The translations under genes were made by a program, and so were the position numbers. Below are positions 53,057 to 64,000 of a stretch of DNA of 64,000 nt, in pieces. Numbering within the stretch: the first letter of the stretch is position 1; each line of letters begins with the position of its first letter. Source of the stretch: Octopus sinensis (taxonomy: Eukaryota); assembly GCF_006345805.1 (NCBI RefSeq), contig NC_043000.1, positions 72,726,001-72,790,000 on the forward strand. Reading direction: 5' to 3'. The notes under the pieces are model-generated. The model was not told the DNA's origin. It saw only the letters and a program-made list of their open reading frames with translations, and ran no database searches.

Positions 53057-53529
53057 AGCCAAGTCGGAACAGATATTTTCACGAGGCATTTCAGACCCTG
53101 CCAAGGTAATATCTGACCTAAAATTTTCAAATCGTCGCACTCGCGCCAAATTTATCGGCAGCAGCAAATAAATATAAGCCGTCGATTCCATTACGGAATT
53201 AACCAGAAAATTCATAATTAATCAATATAGGGTGGCAAAAAAAATTTTGTAGAATTCTTTTTGCCACCAGCGGCCTAGTGGGAAAAAATTAAATAGTCAT
53301 AGACCATTTTTAAGTTCAACATCAACAATCAAGGAACGGCCATAATAGGCCATTCACCCACTAGAAATAACAGCCAAAGCTTCAACCGCAAATAAAGATC
53401 AACGGCTTATATTTATTTGCTGCCGATAAATTTGGCGCGAGTGCGACGATTTGAAAATTTTAGGTCAGATATTACCTTGGCAGGGTCTGAAATGCCTCGT
53501 GAAAATATCTGTTCCGACTTGGCTATTTT

Positions 53530-56089
53530 CCAGATGTATATGACCGCATATCTCTCCCGCCTTCACTCTAGGGAGAAGAGTTTTAATACTTTCAGTCTTT
53601 CCCAGTAGCTGATATGTTGCATTGAGACGATCTTCTTTGTGTAGCTTCTTTGAATTGCTTCGAGTTCTGCTGTTAGTTTTATATTGTGTGGTGACCATAG
53701 TTGGGAGCAGTAGTCCAAGTGGCTGAGGACGAAAGTTTTCCACAGGACCATCAGTGTCTCCTTCTCTCTTGTTCTGAAAGTTCGGAGAATCCATCCAGCT
53801 AGCCGTCTGCATTTTATCACCAAATTAGTAATATGCACTTGGAAAGATGCATCATTGCTCATGTCAATGCCCAGGTCACGCACTGATTTTGACTCAGGGA
53901 TTGCAATTCTTCCCGGGCCACTGTATCGAGTCTGCATGTCGTTTACCTTTGTGTGCTGGTAGCGCAGGGCCTGGAACTTACCTGCATTAAACTGCATGTT
54001 GTTGTCCTCAGCCCACCTGTATATTGTATCCAACTCTTGTTGCAGATGTGCAATATTTCCAGGGTTTTGTATTGTGTGGGAGACTTTTGTGTCATCTGCA
54101 TAGCTATCAAGTGTGACCATCTTAGTAACTGAAGGCATGTCTGAAAGGGCCACTATGAACAGCAGTGTCCCCAAGACAGTGCCCTGTGGAACACCGCTTG
54201 TTATTTGTGTTTCCTTGGAGGTGGCTCCATTGGTCACAACTGCTTGCTTTCTATCTTTTAGGAAGTTGTGCAGCCACTCTCCAAGTTTTAGGCCTGTGCC
54301 GAGACCACGCAGTTTGTGACAAATCATACCATGGTCGACTTTATCAAAGGCTTTTGCAAAGTCGAGATATATCACATCTACATTTGAGCCATTTAGTAGC
54401 TGTTTTAACACCCAGTCATAATGTTGCAGGAGCTGTGTTAGGCGGCTTCTACCTGGTCGAAATCCATGCTGGGTGTCAGTCAGCAAGTCATTTTCTTCAA
54501 GGAACATGATTAGTTTCTTGCGGACTATTCATTCCATGACTTTGCTGATGTGTGAGGTCAGAGAGATAGGCCTATAATTTTTAGCATCTGCTCTGCTTTC
54601 TCCCTTATGGACAGGGCATATTACCCCCTCTTTCAATTTGACTGGGAGCTTACCACTTGCAAGAAAGCTCTGAAAAAGAAGCTGTAGCGGTTTTGCAAGG
54701 GCTTGTTTGCACGATTTGAGAAGGATCGCTGGAAATCCATCAGGTCCAGCAGCTGAGTTTGTGTCAATCTCATCTATGGCCAGTGTGATATCATCATCTT
54801 CAATGTTGATGTACTCAATTTTTGCCTCTTTGGCCACAGGTAAAGAGGCAAAGAATTCTTCTGGATTGTTTACTTGCCTGTGTCCTAGAGGTGTAGTGAA
54901 TACACTTTGGAATTGTTCGTTCAGTATTTCACTTATCCCTGTGGGATTTCCTGTGAGGGAGCCATCTTTTTGGAAGAGAGGTCCTATTCTCTGGTGCGCT
55001 GTGGCTGTCTCTTTGGCAAACTTAAAGAAAGCTTTAGGATTTGAATTTATATTTTCTATTACCCAAGCTTCTTTATCTGCTCTCTCCTTTTCATGAGACT
55101 GATGCAGACTTTTCTCAATTTCCATTAGCATTCTCTTGAGCCGAGACTTCTCACCACTTTTGGTGTGCTTGCTCAGGCGGTTCGCAATCCTTGTCCGTCG
55201 TCTCATAAGAATCTTCCTTTTTCTAGGGATCCTGTTTTTGTTTTTGTGTGTGTTGGCCCTGCACACTGGGATATATTTGTCACATATGGCTTGTATTATG
55301 GACATGAAGTGTTTGTGTTTCATGTCAATATCCGGTGTGGAGAGACATTTAGGCCAATCCTGTTTGAGGATCTCTTTCTCAATCAACTTCCAATTTGCTT
55401 TATGAAAGTTTAATTTGGAGAGCTTGTGGATGTTTCGTATAGGCTGTGTGTCTGCAGGGGCTTTTGGTCCATACATAGACGGCTCTGTTATGTTGTGATC
55501 CGAGATCATTTTCGGCATCACTTTAACATTATGGATAATATCCATATTGTTTGTGAGGCAGAGATGCAGTATATTATCTTCCCTTGTTGGTTGCAGCACT
55601 ATTTGCTCCATGAAAGTGGCGTTTGTGAGATGGAGCAGGGACTCTGCCTGTGCCTTCTGATGGTGTGTCATCCCTGGGAGCATTCTGCTCCCCAGGCCAT
55701 TCCACATTGAGGAAGTTAAAGTCACCCATGTTGTGTTGTTCCAGGTTGGTGAGAACTTCTATTTTTGTTAGGCAGTCTTCAAACATGCCTGTGTGATTTG
55801 GGGCATCTGGTGGGCGATATGTAGTATATATGACGATATTCAGTTGTCTTATGTGTACCATTTGAGTGTCACACACTGAGTTTGAATATGACAATAGGAC
55901 CTGGGGCATGAGGTCATCTCGGATGTACATTGCAACTCCACCATAGCTCCTCCCTTTTCTATCTGAGCGTGTGACAGCATATTGCGGTATGTGTATTTCT
56001 GCATCCCCTATATTGGGTCCAAGATGCGTTTCTATGAGTGCCATGCACATAGCTGGATTGCATGCCGCAAGGTCTCTCAGGAATGTCAT
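53530..56089 (-). mobile_element. Second CR1-group LINE ORF2, truncated at both ends and frameshifted
   Basis: ORFs 55574..56089, 54529..55725 and 53563..54507 are collinear with 20054-22500 (YRPP, MGDFN, NYRPISLTS, QHGFR, DFAKAFD, GVPQG, YADD). Confidence 0.93.
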
Positions 56090-56718
56090 GACCTTCGAAA
56101 TTTAGGTCTCACCGAGGAAATGACCAGAGACTGAGACCTTTGGAAGTATGCTGTGTTTGGGAAGACCCGGCAGGACAAGTGAGACCATAACCCGTGGTCT
56201 CTACCGGGGACGTAGCCAGCCCACTTATGCATGCCTTTCCTTCTTGTGACACAAACCCTACTTGTGAAGACCTGTTGAGGCAAGTGAAAATCAAAATCGA
56301 AATTGATCAACATCAATGGAAATTGTAGCTGTGATACCAGTGCCGGTGGAATGTAAGAGAACCATCCGAACGTGGCTGTTGCCAGCGCTGCCCCGACTGG
56401 CCTCTGTGCCAGTGGCACGTAAAAAGCATCATCTGGTTGTGGCCATTGCCAGCCTCATCTGGCCCCTGTGCCGGTGGTATGTAAAAAGCACCATCTGATC
56501 GTGGCCATTTGCCAGCCTCATCTGACACCTGTGCAGGTGGCACGCAAAAAGCACCCACTACACTCACGGAGTGGTTGGCATTAGGAAGGGCATCAAGCTG
56601 TAGAAACACTGCTAGATCAGACTGGGCCTGGCGCATTCTTCTGGCTTCCCAGACCCCAGTTGAAATGTCCAACCCATGCTAGCATGGAAAATGGACGTTA
56701 AACGATGAGTGATGATGA

Positions 56719-56806
56719 TATATATGTATATATATATATTTATATATGTATATTATATATATATGTATTATATAGGTATATGTATATATATATATAGTAT
56801 ATATAT

Positions 56807-56837
<31 letters not shown>

Positions 56838-57035
56838 GATCTATAATATATAGAGAGAGAGATATGTATATATATATATGTGTGTGTAGTATATATATAT
56901 GTATGTGTGGGTGTGTGTGTATATAGATATATGTGTATATATATATACTATATATAATATATATACATATACATACATATATATATATACATATATATAT
57001 ATACTATATATATATAATCTATATATTATATATAT

Positions 57036-57074
<39 letters not shown>

Positions 57075-57143
57075 ATATAATATATATATAGATATATTAT
57101 ATATATATATATAGATATATATAATATAGATATATATATATAT

Positions 57144-57178
<35 letters not shown>

Positions 57179-57895
57179 TAGACAGAAGATAGATTCTACA
57201 TATATATTATATAGATATATAGACAGCATATAGAGATATATATATATATCTATATATGAGATATAGAAGATATCGGAGATAGAGAATATATATATATATT
57301 CTATATATATATGGATATATATATATCTATAGATATGGTTCGATATTATATATGCTAAGAATATATGTATATATATTATAGGATATATAAGATATGTATA
57401 TATAGATATGTAGAAGGTATACGACTGGATAGAGAATATGGATTTATATAGATTATAGTTTCTATAATATATGGATTATTTGTAGCTATATATATTTATC
57501 TCATCTTATATTTCTCGGATAGAGCCCAGAATATAGTAGATAGGATATATACATAGAGTAAATACAGATTATGGACATATAGTTAAACTATCTTGTATAG
57601 GGATCTATATAGAGGGATGACAATGGAAATATGAGTAGAGTATGACATATATCTATAGATAGAGATACTTATAATGGATACAATTATATATATATATAAT
57701 ATAATATATATATACTATATATTACTATATATGAGATATATTATATCTGAAAAAAAAACAAATATAATATATATATTATAATACATATATATCTAATATA
57801 CATATATTAATACGATATACATATTACGTATTATAGAGACATAATAGATACTATAATATATATATATATAATATAGATTAGGTATATTATAATAT

Positions 57896-57927
<32 letters not shown>

Positions 57928-58030
57928 GATATAGCATATGTATATATAGATGTATATATATTATAAGATATATAGTATATATATACATATATATATATAA
58001 TTGTATATATATATGTATATATATATATAG

Positions 58031-58064
<34 letters not shown>

Positions 58065-58183
58065 GATATATATATATACATATATATTATATATATACAT
58101 AACATATCTATATATATATGATATATGTATATATATATATATATATATTATATATACATATTATATATATATATATCTAGTTA

Positions 58184-58214
<31 letters not shown>

Positions 58215-59267
58215 ACATATATATATGTATATATATATATATATATATCTATTATACATACATATATATATATATATATATATGTTAGATATATATGTAT
58301 AATATATATATATATCTATATATACATACATATATATATTATATATATATGTATATATAGATGTATATATATATAGATATATATATATACATAATATATT
58401 ACTAGGTATAGATATATTATTATTATATCCATACAGACATATATAGTATATATATATATATACCTATATATATATACATATATATATATATACATACATA
58501 TATATATATATATCTATCGATATAATACATACACTATATATTATATCTATATATCTATATATACTACTATATATAATATATATACATATATATATATATA
58601 CTACTATATATATACCTATATACATTATATATATATATACATATATATAACATATATATATACATATAGATTCATACATATATATATATATATTATACAT
58701 ATATATACATATATACATATATATATATATACACATATATATATATATATACATATGTATTATGATACATATATATATATACATATTATATATATATACA
58801 TATATATATATATAACATATAATATATACATATATATATATATATATACATACATATATATATATCTACACATATATATATACTTATATACATATATACA
58901 CATATATAATACACATTATACATATATCACATATTTACATATATACACATATACATTATATATATTATACATATAGATATATATATACATATATATACAT
59001 ATATATTATATATATACATATATATTATATATATATTATATATATATATATATTACATTATAATATATATATACATATATATATATATACATATATATAT
59101 ATACCTATATATATACCATATATATATACATATATACATATATATAATATTACATTATATATCATATAATATCATATAGCATATATATATATACTATATA
59201 GATACATATATATACATATATATATGCATTATTACATATCTTATACATATATACATATATATATACA

Positions 59268-59315
<48 letters not shown>

Positions 59316-59932
59316 CAATATATATAATATATATATAATACACATATATATATACACATATACATATATAAATATATACATACTATATATATATACATAG
59401 ATACATATATACACTATACATATATATCTATATAAATATATACTACATCTATATATAATATACCATATATATATACATGCTACATATAATATAATACATA
59501 TATATATATATACATATATATACATATATACACCATATACATATATATATATATACATATATATACTTATACATATATATATATATATATATACCATATA
59601 TATACATATATATAACATATACATATATTTTTAAAACCATATATATATATATATATATACATATATCTATTATATACACATATATATATCTATATATATA
59701 CATATATACTCTAATATATATACATATAATATATCTATATATATGTACATATATATCTCTATATATATATATATTTTATTTAGTATATATATATATATAA
59801 TATATATATATCATATAGATATATACGTATATATACATATATATATATATATATACGTATATATATTATATCTATATATATATTATATATATATACGTAT
59901 ATATATATATATATATATCATATATATACGTA

Positions 59933-59972
<40 letters not shown>

Positions 59973-59987
59973 TAAGATAATATATAC

Positions 59988-60022
<35 letters not shown>

Positions 60023-60045
60023 CATATATATTATATATACATATA

Positions 60046-60081
<36 letters not shown>

Positions 60082-60178
60082 ATATTATATATATATACAT
60101 ATATATATACATATATATATATATTATATATATATATTATATACATATATTACATATTAATATATTATATATACATAT

Positions 60179-60227
<49 letters not shown>

Positions 60228-60327
60228 GATATAACATATATATATATATATATATAACGATATTATTTATATATATTATATACATATATATATATATATA
60301 TATACATTATATATATATCTACACTAG

Positions 60328-60383
<56 letters not shown>

Positions 60384-60540
60384 TACATAATATATATATA
60401 TCTATAAATATATATATATATATCTATATTTAATATATATATATAGTATACATATATATATATATACATATAATATATATATCTATATCTTATATATATA
60501 TTATATATATACATATATACATATATATATATACATATAA
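56719..60540. repeat. 3.8-kb degenerate (TA)n microsatellite
   Basis: Almost pure TA/TATG/TACA with many irregular indels. A smaller tract lies at 52022-52338. Confidence 0.97.
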
Positions 60541-60719
60541 TCCTAGGTAATGAAACTACTAATCCATTCCTTGAACTATAAAATATCCCACCAGGATTAT
60601 TATCAAACTTATCAATTCAAAACAGAAAAGAAAATATAATACAGAAGCAAACCTTGTGAAATTGTCAAGTTACAAACTTTGAATTTGTGTAAATATTATG
60701 AAAATATTCGTGCAGCTGT

Positions 60720-61107
60720 TGTTGTTGTATTATTATTATATTATTATTATTATTATTATTCAGTAGTTTATTTTTATAGCGTGCTTTTCACTCACTACCA
60801 AGCGCAGCTCTGTGTGCCTTGGGTATGTGCTGTGATTTGTTGTGATGCTCTGATATTATTATTATTATTGTTATTATTATTAATATTTTACTATTATTGT
60901 TATTATTATATTATATATATTATAATATTATTATTATTAAAATAATTATTATTATTATTGTTCTTCTTCTTATTATTATTATTGTTAATATTTTGATTAT
61001 TATTATTGTTAATATTATTATTATTGTGTTGTTGCTGTTTTTGTTATTATTGTTGTTGTTATTAATATTATTATTATTATATATTATTATTATTATTTAT
61101 ATTATTA

Positions 61108-61143
<36 letters not shown>

Positions 61144-61162
61144 TATTATTATTATTAATAAT
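60720..61162. repeat. (ATT)n/(GTT)n microsatellite tract
   Basis: Direct inspection. Confidence 0.9.
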
Positions 61163-61850
61163 TAGGAGGGCAGAGAGGTGGCTGAATTGTTAGCATGCCA
61201 GACAAAATGCTTAGCAACATTTTGTCCATCTTTATATTCTGAGTTAAAAATCTGCCAAAGTCTACTCGACCTTTCATCCTGCCAGGGTCAATAGAATAAT
61301 TATTAGTTGAACACTGGGGTCGATATAATCAACTTATCCTCTCCCCGCTAAAATTGCTGGCTTTGTGCCAAAATTTGAAGCCATTTCAGAACCATTGGCA
61401 TGCCAGGCAAAATGCTTGGAAGTATTTCAAGTCCCTCCACTATCAGGGGTTTTACTTTGACTTTGTTTCATTCATTGTATGACTTTTTACATGCTATAAT
61501 CCACACTGTACCCTCCCAAATGTTTTCCTTTGTGGTCGCCCTCAGTGGTTAATACAGAAATTATTATAAATCATTTCCTTACTGTTTATCTTCAACTGAA
61601 TATTTTCACCCTGAAGGTTGGCATTATGAAGTTTCAGAGGCAAATGATCGTTCATTCTCTTATTGTTGACATTTCCACTGTGGACAGCAATTCCTGAAAT
61701 AAAGAAATCGGTTAAGAAGTTTTCTTCACAATCATATGGTTGTGGGTTCAGTCCCACTGCACGGCACCTTGGGAAAGTGTCTTCTACTACAGCCTCAGCT
61801 TGTGAGTGGATTTGGTAGATGGAAACTGAAAGCAGCCTGTAGTGTATATG

Positions 61851-61899
<49 letters not shown>

Positions 61900-62585
61900 A
61901 AGTTCAGCAAAATTTAGATTCCAATGAATATGGTACTTAAGTTAGATGCACCAGAATTTGGTATGGTGTTATCCATATAAATCTGTGGGTGGTTATAATC
62001 AAAATAATTAACAAGAATAACTTCGGTAATTTGGTACGATCGTTTCATGCTACATCATTTTATTAAATGTTGTAAATATTACAAGAGTTTTAAAATTAAA
62101 TTAATACATAATTTTCATATTATATGAAAATTATGTAATAATGGAAAACCTCTATTAATGACTGATGAGTGCTCAGCATATTTTAAAACTGTTCTAATAC
62201 TTACAACATTTAATAAAATGATGTAGCGTGAAATGATCGTACAAAATTACCAAAGTTATTCTTGTTTCTTATTTTGATTATATATATATATATATATAAT
62301 TTCAACAATTGAGGGTAAAATTAATTAATTATTAATTAATTTCACCAAGTATTCAGTATGTAAAGGGACCATTTAAGGCGAATTCAAAATATTACATTAT
62401 ATAAAAGGGCTTAGTAAAATAAATTACTTTGCCACATACTGAACTCATTAGAAATAGCAGCTAAAAGATTTTTTCAGCTATTTCTAATACTTAAAGAAAA
62501 TCTCTCTCAGATAGTGTTTGCTCAAACCAACTCACGAAGGTATGGGGGTAAAAGCATTAAAAAAATCACAAGTGCAAAGGTTATT

Positions 62586-62637
62586 TGAGAACGTACGTTT
62601 CTAGATTAGTCAAATCGACATTTCTTTCGTCAGCTCA
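62586..62637 (-). ncRNA. Minimal hammerhead-like motif (Penelope pLTR type)
   Basis: Minus strand: UGAG CUGACGA (imperfect stem II) GAAA CGUACG UU^ CUCA. Palindromic stem III, 4-bp stem I. Confidence 0.55.
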
Positions 62638-62795
62638 GAACTCCTTGATTCGGATTTGGGAACACTGAAAGTGGGAGCATACCCTTTTGGCTTCTTATCA
62701 CCTCCTGAGATCCGCTCGAACTGACAGTGCTAACAAATTCAAAATATGCAAGCTAATCTAGAAACGTACGTTCTCAAATAACCTTTGCATTTGAT

Positions 62796-62895
62796 NNNNN
62801 NNNNNNNNNNNNNNNNNNNNNNNNNNNNNNNNNNNNNNNNNNNNNNNNNNNNNNNNNNNNNNNNNNNNNNNNNNNNNNNNNNNNNNNNNNNNNNN
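62796..62895. other. Assembly gap (100 N)
   Basis: Run of exactly 100 n. Confidence 0.99.
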
Positions 62896-63766
62896 ATATA
62901 TGTACAAAAACCACCTTTTATCAATTCAAAATGAACAATTAAATTACACCATCTAGAAAATTACATATTTGATTTTTTGATTTTGATTTTTCTAGTTTCA
63001 GCTAATGAGCTGTGGCCATGCTGGGGCACCGCCATCTGGTTTGCTACACGATTTTTACCTCACGGATGCTTTTTAGCAAACGCCATCTGATGCATGAAAT
63101 AGAAATATTAAAATTAAAATAACAATAACATACCGATGATTAAGTAAATTGCAAAATAATAATAAAAAGGTATATATTTGGTAGAATAAGGTTTTTATTA
63201 TTATTTTGCAATTTACTTCATCATCGGTATATTATTGTTATTTATATGTAATTTTCTAGATGGTGTAATTAAATTTTTTCCTTTTGAATTGATAAAAGGT
63301 GGATTTTTTTCTCATTTTTATATATATATATTATCATCATTATTTAACGTCTGTTTTCCATGCTAGCATGGGTTGGATGGTTCGACCGGGATCTGGGAAG
63401 CCAGAAGATTGCACCAGGCTCCAGTCTGATCTAGCAGTGTTTCAACAGCTGGATGCCCTTCCTAACGCCAACCACTCCGTGAGTGTAGTGGGTGCTTTTT
63501 ACGAGCCACCAGCACAGGAGCCAGGCAAGGCTGGCAACGGCCACGATCGGTTGGTGCTTTTTACATGTCACTGGCACAGAATCCAGTCAAGGCGGTGCTG
63601 GCATCAGCCACATTCGGATGGTGCTTTTTACGTGCCACCAGCACAGGGATCACAACTACAATTTCCATTGATTTTGATGTTGATGTACTATATTTTGTGA
63701 AATTTGATTTAGTATTTCTAATTGAATTTTTCCCTGTAAGTTAGGAATAATATTCCCTCAAATAAT

Positions 63767-63810
<44 letters not shown>

Positions 63811-64000
63811 TATATATAATACCTATACATACATATATATCTATCTATACATATGTACATATATATATCTATCTGCACATATGTACATATATATATCTAT
63901 CTACACATATGCACATATATATATCTATCTGCACATATGCACATATATATATCTATCTATACATATATATATATATCTATCTTCTAAATATATATTATAT

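Larger units (their letters stand above)
52339..53529 (-). repeat. ~490-nt tandem repeat (2 full + 1 partial + 1 inverted partial) carrying hammerhead motifs
   Basis: caacaatcaaggaacggccataataggcc at ~52340, 52830 and 53323. 53403-53529 is the reverse complement of ~52564-52688. Confidence 0.9.

Noticed and set aside
52048-60192. Many YI/IY-repeat ORFs
   Set aside because: These are translations of (TA)n microsatellite, not genes.

Overview
AT-rich, intron-rich animal genomic DNA. The repeat families ((TA)n and (CAT)n tracts, tRNA-SINEs, Dong/R4, RTE, Penelope) suggest a coleoid cephalopod, probably Octopus; this is inferred, not proven. The only host gene is RNF113A/Cwc24 (spliceosomal CCCH + RING protein) on the + strand. 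Six internal coding exons (610 nt, about 203 aa) are spread over 41.5 kb (4158-45668). The ORF track picks up only the first of them (ORF 4152..4334), and the first and last exons were not found in the window. The introns are filled with mobile DNA: a nearly full-length CR1-group LINE with a CCCH-finger ORF1, a second CR1 copy, RTE fragments, a Ty3/Gypsy element nested in a Dong/R4 LINE, four mariners, a piggyBac-type MITE, several Penelope-like relics, many SINEs, foldbacks and a 3.8 kb (TA)n tract next to a scaffold gap. The most notable unannotated signal is a set of hammerhead-ribozyme motifs. The best is a complete type I hammerhead repeated in a ~490-nt non-coding tandem unit at 52339-53529 (- strand), resembling a retrozyme or Penelope pLTR array that could produce circular RNA. 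All calls were made by eye; no folding or database search was run.
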